Assembly (NCBI GenBank): GCA_946497955.1
Contig: CAMMMH010000004.1
Coordinates: forward strand, 12,314-76,313
DNA length: 64,000 bases
Direction of reading: 5' to 3'
Source of the DNA: an uncultured Mycoplasmatota bacterium
GTDB taxonomy: Bacteria; Bacillota_I; Bacilli_A; RF39; UBA660
Below, one piece after another: positions 18,558 to 26,498 of the stretch (its first letter is position 1; the number at the start of each line of letters is the position of its first letter). The notes under the pieces were generated by a model. The model saw only the letters and a program-made list of their open reading frames with translations. It was not told where the DNA came from and did no database searches. Both the position numbers and the translations under genes were made by a program.

Positions 18558-19076
18558 ATGAAAAGATTAAATTCATTCCTTTATACCAAAGGGAAATTTG
18601 GTAAAGGTTGTATAAGAAGTGTTGATACTAACAATGAATATTTATATTCTAAGGCAATGTATAAGACAAAAATAAAAAAAGAAGATCTTCCAGATGATTA
18701 TATTGAATTTAGGAGTGGCACTATACGATATATGACAGGATATTTAAAAACAAGTGGAGTTGTTGATATAGACTATACATATTTTTTAGAAAATCATATA
18801 TTTAAAGATGATTATTTATATATATCGTATAAAGGAAAACTAAAGAAAGAAAAAACGTCATATGGAAGAGAACGTATTGTTAATTATGATATCTGTATCT
18901 GTGATAATGATATTATACCTATTTTACATGCTATAGAAAAGAATTCTAATATTAATATAGATAAAGTTAAAGAAAAAATATATTATAAAGTATCTTGGTA
19001 TAAAGAAAATTGTAAAGATGAATATACAAGAGAATTTGGTAATAGAGATATAGATATATTTGAAGAATATAAATAA
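18558..19076 (+). CDS. hypothetical protein (172 aa)
   Basis: Start moved to ATG 18558 after a GAGGAGG SD. No recognisable motif. This is the last gene before the right end of element 1. Confidence 0.45.
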   Translation: MKRLNSFLYTKGKFGKGCIRSVDTNNEYLYSKAMYKTKIKKEDLPDDYIEFRSGTIRYMTGYLKTSGVVDIDYTYFLENHIFKDDYLYISYKGKLKKEKTSYGRERIVNYDICICDNDIIPILHAIEKNSNINIDKVKEKIYYKVSWYKENCKDEYTREFGNRDIDIFEEYK

Positions 19077-19107
19077 CTTAGTAATTAATTTTTACTAGGT
19101 TATTTTT
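19077..19107 (+). terminator. rho-independent terminator just inside the right att arm
   Basis: 8-bp stem CTTAGTAA / TTACTAGG (one G-U pair), 7-nt loop, followed by TTATTTTT. Confidence 0.55.
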
Positions 19108-19110
19108 CGT

Positions 19111-19130
19111 GTCTTAACAACACTCAACCA
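19111..19130. repeat. right terminal inverted repeat / att arm of element 1
   Basis: GTCTTAACAACACTCAACCA matches the reverse complement of 5367-5386 at 17/20 positions. Confidence 0.8.
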
Positions 19131-19549
19131 ACTCTTTGTCTCATACCACCAGATAAACTCCTAGGAAACTTATCAATAAACTCACTTAAACCATAAGTAT
19201 CAAGTAATTTTAAGACATAAGCTTTATCTTCCATACTTACTTTACCTTTTAATTTAAGACCCAATAGACAGTTATCTAAAATATTAAGCCAAGGAAATAA
19301 ACTATCTTTTTGAAGCATATAACCAAGCTTTATATCTTCCTTAGAAAACTTTATATCACCACTACTTTTTGTTTCTAAATTAGCAAGTATTGATAACAGT
19401 GTACTTTTACCACATCCACTTGGTCCTACAATTACAATAAACTCTCCCTCATTAACACTAAGATTGATATCTTTAATCGCTTCTATTTCACCACTTTTAT
19501 CTTGATAATTTTTAGATAAATGTGTAATTTCTAAAATATCATTTTTCAT
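19124..19549 (-). pseudogene. ABC transporter ATP-binding protein, N-terminal part (split by element 1)
   Basis: Walker A 'GPSGCGKST', a Q-loop and the signature 'LSGGMRQRV'. Two element-derived codons later (V-G) there is a stop. Walker B is missing and is found at 5031-5366. Confidence 0.9.
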
Positions 19550-20089
19550 ACATCAAGTCACTAAATGGAACTTTACTATCTAATTCTCCTGCATTAATCA
19601 TAATATCTTGTAAGTGGTCAAATTCTTCTTCACTAAACTCAGTTGTTTTAGACCATGCATCAATAGATCTATAACGCTCTACAATCTTTGTTAAATCATC
19701 AATTGATGTATCAGGGAATTGATCTATTATCGCTTCTGCTATCTTCTCATCAGAACTATTATGAACAAAGTCAATTCCCTTTTGAATCGCTTTCTCAAAG
19801 TTATCAATTAGTTCTTTGTTCTCATTTAAATAACTATCTCTTGCAAAGAAAGCAGTATAAGGAACAACACCACCAAGTTCACCTAAACTTGCAACAACAT
19901 AACCATAACCTTCTTTTTCTAACTCTAAAGCATTAGGTTCAAACAAAGCGACAAAGTCACCTGTCCCTCCAATAAAGGCACTACTCATAGCAGAGAAAGC
20001 TACAGAAGTATCAATATTAACATCCTTCTTAGGGTCAATTCCAGCATCGCTTAAAGCCCATTCAAGAGTCATTTCAGGCATACCACCTC
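19539..20089 (-). pseudogene. NMT1/ThiY/SsuA-like ABC substrate-binding protein, C-terminal part (split by element 2)
   Basis: The frame is open from the junction: (stop)GGMPEMTLEWALSDAGIDPKKDVNID.... There is no signal peptide or N-terminal lobe. The complementary N-terminal part is at 23084-23548. Confidence 0.85.
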
Positions 20090-20108
20090 ATCGGTAGTTA
20101 AACTTATA
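20090..20108. repeat. left terminal inverted repeat / att arm of element 2
   Basis: Contains GTTAAACTTATA (20097-20108), the reverse complement of 23085-23096. Confidence 0.8.
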
Positions 20109-20153
20109 ATACTTTTATTTATTAAAATACATAAAATTAATTAGGTGGTTAAA

Positions 20154-20255
20154 TTGAAAATTATAAATATATTTAATGAAAATGGTAAGACATTACAACA
20201 AATAATAGAAGAGTTTTTAATAGACTATTATATGGAAAGTGAATATGAAAAGTAA
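20154..20255 (+). CDS. 33-aa ORF overlapping the recombinase start (not in the ORF track)
   Basis: AGGTGG SD, then TTG at 20154. Product MKIINIFNENGKTLQQIIEEFLIDYYMESEYEK. Its stop at 20253-55 lies inside the first codons of the recombinase ORF. Confidence 0.35.
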   Translation: MKIINIFNENGKTLQQIIEEFLIDYYMESEYEK

Positions 20256-21807
20256 AACATTTAATGTCGCTTTTTATATTAGATTATCTCGTGAAGATGG
20301 TGACAACTTAGAAAGTGAAAGTATCATAAATCAAAGAGATTTATTACATATATTTTTAGAGAAAACAGAAGAAAAATTAGTTTATATAGATGAATATGTT
20401 GATGATGGTTTTACTGGTTCTAATTTTGATAGACCTTCTTGGAAAAGATTAATTAAAGATTTAGAAAATAATAAAGTTAATACTATTATAACTAAAGATT
20501 TATCTCGTATGGGTAGAGATTATATCTCTATGGGGGAATATATTGAAAGAATATTCCCTGAGAAAGGTATAAGATATATTGCCATAAACGATGATATTGA
20601 TACTCTCCATGAAACACCAGGATTAGAGTTTTTACAATTTAAATTAATGTTTAATGATTACTATTTAAAAGATACATCTAAAAAGATTAGAAAAGTTTTG
20701 AGATCCAAAAAGGAAAGAGGAGAGTTTCTAGGTTTTAAAGCCCCTTATGGTTATCTAAAAGACAAGAGTGATAAACATAAACTAATAGTCGATGAAAACG
20801 TTAGACCAATTATTAAAAAAATGTTTCTTTTAGCATATACCGGTAAAAGCCCAAAACAAATAGCAGATATCTTCTCAAAAGAACATATTCCTACACCTAG
20901 TGTTTATGCTAATCTAAATCGTGGTATAAATAATCCTACTTATAATATATGGTGCCCTAGGACTATTGAAGAAATGCTTACTAACGAAACATACATTGGT
21001 AATATGACTCAAGGAAGAAGAAAAAAGTTAAATTATAAGTCTAAAAAAGAAATTAGAACACCGAAAGAACAATGGATAATAAAAGAAAATACTCATGAAG
21101 CGATTATTGATAAAAAGGTATTTGATACAGTAGGAGAATTACTTAAGAAAAACAAAAATAAACCTACCGGCAATAATATTATGTTACTTTCTGGTTTTAT
21201 GAAATGTAGAGAGTGTAATCATAAAATAGGAATAAATAAAAGTAGTGATGGTAAAAGATACTACACACATTGTTCTTATTATACAGCCCATTCTAAATAT
21301 GGTTTATGTACTCCTCATAGCCTTAATTATAAAAAACTAGAAAATCTCGTTTTAGAGGAGATTAGAAAACTGTGTAAAGAGTATGTAGATAGTACTACTT
21401 TTAAAGAAAGGATAGAAGAAGCTAGAAAGAAAAATGATATTAAGGTTAAAAAACAAGTAGAAATTAATATATTAGAAAAAAAGATTAGGACTAACAATGG
21501 TTATATAGACAAAGTATATGAAGATAAGTTAAATGGTAATATCGATATAGAGATGTTTAATCGTCTAACTATTAAATATAAAGATGAAATAATCTCTTGG
21601 AAAAAAAGAATAGAATCTATTGAAAAGGAAATTTCCACTCTTGATAAAGTAGATACTGATAAAGAAAGAAAAGATATACTTGAAAAAGTAAATGAATATC
21701 TAGCCTTAGAAAAACCAACTAGAGCCTTACTAGTAAACTTAATTGATAAGATACTTATAAGTGAAGATAAAACAATAGAAATTCACTATAAATTCAAACT
21801 ATATTAA
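20245..21807 (+). CDS. large serine recombinase
   Basis: 'VAFYIRLSREDGD' contains the catalytic Ser. Also present are 'SRMGRD', 'APYGY', a Zn-ribbon-like 'CRECNH...CSYYTAHSKYGLC' and a coiled-coil tail. It is homologous to, but clearly divergent from, the 6614-8173 recombinase. GTG 20239 is an alternative start. Confidence 0.9.
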   Translation: MKSKTFNVAFYIRLSREDGDNLESESIINQRDLLHIFLEKTEEKLVYIDEYVDDGFTGSNFDRPSWKRLIKDLENNKVNTIITKDLSRMGRDYISMGEYIERIFPEKGIRYIAINDDIDTLHETPGLEFLQFKLMFNDYYLKDTSKKIRKVLRSKKERGEFLGFKAPYGYLKDKSDKHKLIVDENVRPIIKKMFLLAYTGKSPKQIADIFSKEHIPTPSVYANLNRGINNPTYNIWCPRTIEEMLTNETYIGNMTQGRRKKLNYKSKKEIRTPKEQWIIKENTHEAIIDKKVFDTVGELLKKNKNKPTGNNIMLLSGFMKCRECNHKIGINKSSDGKRYYTHCSYYTAHSKYGLCTPHSLNYKKLENLVLEEIRKLCKEYVDSTTFKERIEEARKKNDIKVKKQVEINILEKKIRTNNGYIDKVYEDKLNGNIDIEMFNRLTIKYKDEIISWKKRIESIEKEISTLDKVDTDKERKDILEKVNEYLALEKPTRALLVNLIDKILISEDKTIEIHYKFKLY

Positions 21808-21861
21808 TGAAAAATATAGGTAAATATGGTAAAATATTAACAAGAGAGAAGGTGGTATCTT

Positions 21862-23049
21862 ATGAAATGTATTTTAATGAATAAAAATACTGAAGTGTTA
21901 GTATGTGAGTATAATACTAATTTAAATGTATTTGATAAAATGTATGAGATTATTAATATTGATTATGCACCATTAATATTAAAAAAATACTATGAGGAAG
22001 ATAAAGATACATTAGCATTATTAAGAAGATTAACTGAATGGTTTAAAGGAAGAGGTATCCCATCGTGGAGAGATAAAATAGATTTACTATTACATCGTCT
22101 TAACATTGAAACTGCTGAGGAATTATTAGATAAAGCTTTTGGTTTATCTTTATCAGATCAATACTGGATAAAACCTTATGATAGTAATTTGAAGTATGAT
22201 GATATTAACTTTTTTGATAATGATTTTGATTATGCTGAATTTTTAGAAGCTTCACTTTCACTTAATAGTAAGATAGTAAAAAAAGAAACTTCTCTTAAAA
22301 CACCTAATAATACTACTGATGGTATGTTAAAAAAAGCATGGATTATTGAAAATGGTACGAGATATTTATTAAAAGGTGGTTATAAAAACGAAATATTACA
22401 ACCATTTAATGAGGTTTTAGCATCTATGATATGTGATAGATTAGGTTTTAATCATGTCCCTTATACCTTAGATGTATATAAAGATACCGTAGTATCTAAA
22501 TGTCCTTGTTTTATAACTAAAGATACCGAACTTATTACCGCTTATCAAATAAAAAACAATATGAAAAGATATGATAGTGAAGAAGATTACGAAGAATATA
22601 TTAAATGCCTTGAAGAAAATGGTATTCCTAATGTTAGGGAAAAAATAGAAAATATGTATATCTTAGATTTTCTTATAATGAATGAAGATAGACACTTAAA
22701 TAATTTTGGTATTATAAGAGATGTTAATACTCTAAAATGGTTAGATGTCGCTCCTATATTTGATAATGGTATGGCTTTAAATGTTCAAAGTTATGATGAT
22801 GAAGAATTAATCATATCAGGTATGGGTAGATTATTTTATGAGATTAAGCCCTTTGATGAAATAATCAAAGTAGTTCATAATATTAAAAGAATAGATGTAT
22901 CAAAACTATCAGATATACCAGAAGAATTTGATAAACTATTACATAAGTATCAAAGTATTACCAAAATGTCTGATAAAAGAATATATAGATTATGTGTTCT
23001 TTTAAATAGACAAATAAATAAACTAAAGAAAATAATTGAGGAAGCCTAA
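21862..23049 (+). CDS. HipA-like serine/threonine kinase domain protein
   Basis: 'LDFLIMNEDRHLNNFGII' is the HipA catalytic-loop type (D.H..N.). 'APIFDNGMAL' is the second conserved segment. No HipB-like HTH gene is adjacent. Confidence 0.65.
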   Translation: MKCILMNKNTEVLVCEYNTNLNVFDKMYEIINIDYAPLILKKYYEEDKDTLALLRRLTEWFKGRGIPSWRDKIDLLLHRLNIETAEELLDKAFGLSLSDQYWIKPYDSNLKYDDINFFDNDFDYAEFLEASLSLNSKIVKKETSLKTPNNTTDGMLKKAWIIENGTRYLLKGGYKNEILQPFNEVLASMICDRLGFNHVPYTLDVYKDTVVSKCPCFITKDTELITAYQIKNNMKRYDSEEDYEEYIKCLEENGIPNVREKIENMYILDFLIMNEDRHLNNFGIIRDVNTLKWLDVAPIFDNGMALNVQSYDDEELIISGMGRLFYEIKPFDEIIKVVHNIKRIDVSKLSDIPEEFDKLLHKYQSITKMSDKRIYRLCVLLNRQINKLKKIIEEA

Positions 23050-23083
23050 GATTAGGTTTCCTTTAATATCAAGGGAAAATACG

Positions 23084-23548
23084 TTATAAGTTTAACAGGA
23101 GATGTCCCGCTCTACCACCAATAATGGTCTTACCAACTAAATCATCAAGTGTAAAATCTTTAATATCTTCACGTGCTACAATAAATGAACCATCTTTCTG
23201 AGTTAATCTTGCAAAAGTCTTAAGATAATCTTTTTCACCACCATTATATACATAAATAGTCGCTTCACTTCCTGCAAAACCAACATCAGCATCTCCTGCA
23301 AGTACCGCTGCACTTACTTTATCCGCCCCATTTGCAAGACTAAGTTCAATATCAATTCCCACATCTTCAAAATAACCTTCTTCAATCGCTACATACATAG
23401 GTGCATAGAAAATAGAGTGTGCTACTTCAGCAAGTCTTACAGTCTCTAAATCCTTACTATCATCCTTCTTATTAAAGTTAAATAATACAGCACAAGCTCC
23501 TAAAAATATAACTAAAATAACACCAATATAAATAATTGTCTTTTTCAA
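23084..23548 (-). pseudogene. NMT1/ThiY/SsuA-like ABC substrate-binding protein, N-terminal part (split by element 2)
   Basis: The signal/lipoprotein-like N-terminus 'VILVIFLGACAV' is followed by 'RLAEVAHSIFYAPMYVAIEEGYF'. After ...TIIGGRAG it runs 6 element-derived codons (HLLLNL) to a stop. Confidence 0.85.
23085..23104. repeat. right terminal inverted repeat / att arm of element 2
   Basis: Contains TATAAGTTTAAC (23085-23096), the reverse complement of 20097-20108. Confidence 0.8.
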
Positions 23549-23678
23549 ACTAAAATCCTCCTTTCAGTTCAAAGTATTATATGTAATTAATTTATATTGG
23601 CTACACTCTATCAAAAATAAGTTGCAGTAGATAGTAACATATGGTAAAATATGGCTAAAGAAGTAGGAGTATATTATT

Positions 23679-24149
23679 ATGAACAGTAACATTTATAGTG
23701 ATAGAGATATTAAACTAACAGATAATATCTTAAAAATAGGTTATGCGACCATTAGTCTTTCAAGTGTTTCAAGTGTCCATACATTTCCAGTCCCTAGACA
23801 TTCTCTTTTAGCAGGTCTAAAAGAATGGTTCTATGGTTTAATATTTATGATAATAATTTGTGCTATCTTTAGACAAATATCTATATTAGGAGATATTTAC
23901 ATTCTTACTATCTTTATTTTAATAGGTTATAATATATATGAACATAGAAAAGTCTATTTAGGCTTAGAAATATGTACTACTGGAGGTCAAAGCTATAAGA
24001 TTAAATCAGAAGATATTGTTTTAATTACAAAAATAGAGAGGAATTTAACTGAATTTATGGAAGAGAATAATCCTGGTTATAACATAAATGTAAATAACAG
24101 TATTATAAACAATGGTAATAACAATAAAAATATGGTGGTGCATAAATAA
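23679..24149 (+). CDS. hypothetical membrane protein with Asn-rich tail
   Basis: Two central hydrophobic helices (FYGLIFMIIICAIF; IYILTIFILIGY). C-terminus 'NINVNNSIINNGNNNKN'. An extended -10 (TGGTAAAAT) lies upstream. Confidence 0.5.
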   Translation: MNSNIYSDRDIKLTDNILKIGYATISLSSVSSVHTFPVPRHSLLAGLKEWFYGLIFMIIICAIFRQISILGDIYILTIFILIGYNIYEHRKVYLGLEICTTGGQSYKIKSEDIVLITKIERNLTEFMEENNPGYNINVNNSIINNGNNNKNMVVHK

Positions 24150-24418
24150 TGATTAATAATAGTATTATAAATATAGGAGATAACAACATCAATACAATTA
24201 CTAATAATATAGATTATGACAAAATATCTGAAGAATTAAGAATACTCCTAGACCATTATAAAGATGAAATCATAAAAGAAGCTTTAATATATAGCAAGAA
24301 CAAAGATAAAAATAAACTAATTAGTTGTTTAAAGAAACTATCAAAAGAAGCTTTAGAGATAATAAAACATTTATCTTTAACAACTCTAGAAAAAATAATA
24401 GAACAAAATTTATTTTAA
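24149..24418 (+). CDS. hypothetical protein, translationally coupled to the previous ORF
   Basis: TAATG overlap with the upstream stop. The N-terminus 'MINNSIINIGDNNIN' repeats the upstream protein's C-terminal motif. Confidence 0.45.
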   Translation: MINNSIINIGDNNINTITNNIDYDKISEELRILLDHYKDEIIKEALIYSKNKDKNKLISCLKKLSKEALEIIKHLSLTTLEKIIEQNLF

Positions 24419-24511
24419 AATAAACAAGCATATACGAGTTTTCGTAAACTTAACCTAAAAGCTTGTTTTTTTATAATTATTATATATAATAAATGTAACT
24501 GGAGGTAATTT

Positions 24512-24796
24512 ATGAATATACAAGTATTAAATGAACTTATGAGATTAAATGGTATTCCAAGTTATTTTCAATTATCAAAAGAAACTAACATTCCTTATAC
24601 AACTTTATTAGACCTAGTAAGAGGTAAAGGAGAAAAGCTTAGCAACATAAAAACAATCGCTGACTTTCTAGGAGTTAAAATGTCTTACTTATTAGATGAA
24701 CCTAGAAAAATAATTACTATTAATGAGCGAAATAATGTTGTTATTGAAAAGGAAAATGGCTATAACTCAGTACTATCTAATTTACTTTCTAATTAA
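24512..24796 (+). CDS. HTH (XRE-like) DNA-binding protein
   Basis: 'QLSKETNIPYTTLLDLVRGKGEKLSNIKTIADFLGVKMSYLL' is a helix-turn-helix pattern. Confidence 0.5.
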   Translation: MNIQVLNELMRLNGIPSYFQLSKETNIPYTTLLDLVRGKGEKLSNIKTIADFLGVKMSYLLDEPRKIITINERNNVVIEKENGYNSVLSNLLSN

Positions 24797-24830
24797 AACT
24801 ATGATAAAATAAGACTGGATGGTGATTAAC

Positions 24831-25841
24831 ATGAGTTTTTTCAGTAAATTAAAAGATAAATTTATAAAAAAAGAAGAAAAAGAACCTAAAGAAGAGAAGG
24901 AAAGCTTAGAAGTCTATGATAAAGGACTTACTAAAAGTAGAAATACTTTCTCATCACGTCTTTTAGATTTAACTAAACGCTATAATAAGATTAATGAAGA
25001 ATACTTTGAAGAGTTAGAAGAAATATTGATTATGGCTGATATTGGTGTTAATACTGTTATGAACTTTATGGACAAATTAAGAAAAAGAGTAAAAGAAGAA
25101 AAGATAACAGACCCAGAATTTTTAAAAGAGGTCATAGTAGATGAATTATTTATTATCTATGTAAGTGGAGAAGTATTATCTACTAATTTAAAAAGAAGTG
25201 ACTCTAATCCTACAGTTTATTTATTTGTAGGCGTTAATGGTGTAGGTAAGACTACCACTATCGCTAAGCTTGCCAGTAAAGAAAAAGAGAAAAACAGAAA
25301 AGTTCTTTTAATAGCAGGAGATACCTTTAGAGCCGGAGCGACTAAACAATTAAAAGAGTGGGCAGAAAGAATTGGCGTAGACTTCTATGGAAAACATGAA
25401 GGAGTAGACCCTGCTAGTGTTATTTATGAAGGATTAGAATATGCCATAAATAATGATATTGATACAGTTTTAATAGATACAGCAGGAAGACTTCAAAATA
25501 AAACTAACTTAATGATGGAACTAGAAAAGATTAATAGAGTAATTAAAAAGGTAATAGATAGAGCCCCAGATGAAACTCTCCTTGTAATAGATGCCACAAC
25601 AGGACAAAATGGTATAAGCCAAGCGAAAGCTTTTAAAGAAATAACAGACCTAACAGGAATTATTCTAACTAAACTAGATGGAACTGCTAAAGGTGGAATA
25701 GTTCTAGCGATTAAAGAAGAAGTAAACCTACCTGTTAAATATATAGGATTAGGTGAAACTGCTAAAGACTTACAAGAGTTTGATATCGAAAAATATATTT
25801 ATAGTCTATTTAAAGACTTTATGGAGGATAAAAATGAGTAA
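24831..25841 (+). CDS. ftsY: signal recognition particle receptor FtsY
   Basis: 'FVGVNGVGKTTTIAKLA', 'DTAGRLQNK' and 'TKLDGTAKGG' SRP-GTPase motifs after an acidic N-terminal region. Start placed at ATG 24831. Confidence 0.9.
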   Translation: MSFFSKLKDKFIKKEEKEPKEEKESLEVYDKGLTKSRNTFSSRLLDLTKRYNKINEEYFEELEEILIMADIGVNTVMNFMDKLRKRVKEEKITDPEFLKEVIVDELFIIYVSGEVLSTNLKRSDSNPTVYLFVGVNGVGKTTTIAKLASKEKEKNRKVLLIAGDTFRAGATKQLKEWAERIGVDFYGKHEGVDPASVIYEGLEYAINNDIDTVLIDTAGRLQNKTNLMMELEKINRVIKKVIDRAPDETLLVIDATTGQNGISQAKAFKEITDLTGIILTKLDGTAKGGIVLAIKEEVNLPVKYIGLGETAKDLQEFDIEKYIYSLFKDFMEDKNE

Positions 25842-26136
25842 AAGTGTAGTACAACTAAACCCTAAAGCTAAAAAACAACAAGAAAAAAGCTTTAGTTATT
25901 TAAAAGTCTTAATAATATTACAATTCTTTTTAACAATTGGTCTAATCATCTTTGGTATTGTTACTATCTTTAAAACAGACCTTCTATACATCTTTGAAAT
26001 ACTTTTAGGTATTACACTCTTAGTTATGGGCCTAAATAATTTTCTAATCTATAAAAGAAGAAACTTAACAATTCTTTATATCATAATAGGACTAGGTTCT
26101 ATTGTTCTAGCCATATTAAAACTATTAGGATTATAA
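25834..26136 (+). CDS. small membrane protein (100 aa)
   Basis: Three hydrophobic helices. ATG 25834 overlaps the ftsY stop. The 81-nt upstream extension in the track lies inside ftsY. Confidence 0.5.
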   Translation: MSKSVVQLNPKAKKQQEKSFSYLKVLIILQFFLTIGLIIFGIVTIFKTDLLYIFEILLGITLLVMGLNNFLIYKRRNLTILYIIIGLGSIVLAILKLLGL

Positions 26137-26137
26137 A

Positions 26138-26437
26138 ATGGAAGAGTTAGTACATTATACCTTACTATATGATATTTATGGTAGCCTTTTAACCGATAAA
26201 CAAAAAGAATACTTTGAAGATTATTACTTTAAAAACTTATCTTTAAGTGAACTTGCCTCTAAATATAATATCAGTAGAAATGCTATCCATAAACAAATTA
26301 AAGAAACTATAAAAAGAATAGAAAATTATGAAGCTAAATTAAAGTTAGCCAAAAAGAATGAGATGTTAGAAAATATTATTAAAAAAACAAGTGATGAAGA
26401 GATAAAACGTAAATTACAAGAAGTAATTTCCCTATAA
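26138..26437 (+). CDS. ylxM: YlxM/UPF0122 family putative DNA-binding protein
   Basis: 'LLYDIYGSLLTDKQKEYFEDYYFKNLSLSELASKYNISRNAIHKQIK' is the sigma-region-4-like YlxM pattern. The position after ftsY matches Bacillus synteny. Confidence 0.8.
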   Translation: MEELVHYTLLYDIYGSLLTDKQKEYFEDYYFKNLSLSELASKYNISRNAIHKQIKETIKRIENYEAKLKLAKKNEMLENIIKKTSDEEIKRKLQEVISL

Positions 26438-26498
26438 CTCTTGTCACTTTTTTAATTTAACGATATAATTTACTTATAGAATAAAGGAGAGTTGTTAT

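Larger units (their letters stand above)
5365..19132. mobile_element. 13.8-kb integrated element with a large serine recombinase, inserted in the ABC ATPase gene
   Basis: The 2-nt core AC is present at both junctions (5365-66, 19131-32). The 20-bp arms match at 17/20 positions as inverted repeats. Deleting the element rejoins ...MRQRV|ALIRTL... in frame. No capsid, terminase, relaxase or T4SS genes were seen. Confidence 0.85.
20088..23106. mobile_element. 3.0-kb minimal integrated element: large serine recombinase + HipA-like kinase, inserted in the binding-protein gene
   Basis: The core TC is present at both junctions (20088-89, 23105-06). A perfect 12-bp terminal IR GTTAAACTTATA / TATAAGTTTAAC flanks it. 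Deleting the element rejoins ...GGRAG|GGMPEM... in frame. Confidence 0.85.

Noticed and set aside
5365-19132. Element 1 as a prophage or ICE.
   Set aside because: No terminase, portal, capsid, tail, lysis, relaxase, coupling-protein or T4SS-like ORFs were recognised. The Bro-N protein and sigma factor alone do not make a phage. It is therefore called a generic integrative island.
20097-20110. TATAAT inside the left arm of element 2 as a junction-dependent promoter for the recombinase.
   Set aside because: The hexamer 17 nt upstream is ACCACC in the integrated state and GAGATG in the inferred circular form. Neither resembles a -35, and there is no TG extension. This is not enough to call a promoter.
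23549-23678. TPP or other riboswitch upstream of the ThiY/NMT1-like binding-protein gene.
   Set aside because: The minus-strand leader is short and AT-rich. It has no conserved riboswitch core (for example CTGAGA / ACCTGATCTGGATAATGCCAGCG-type elements), only promoter-like hexamers and an SD.
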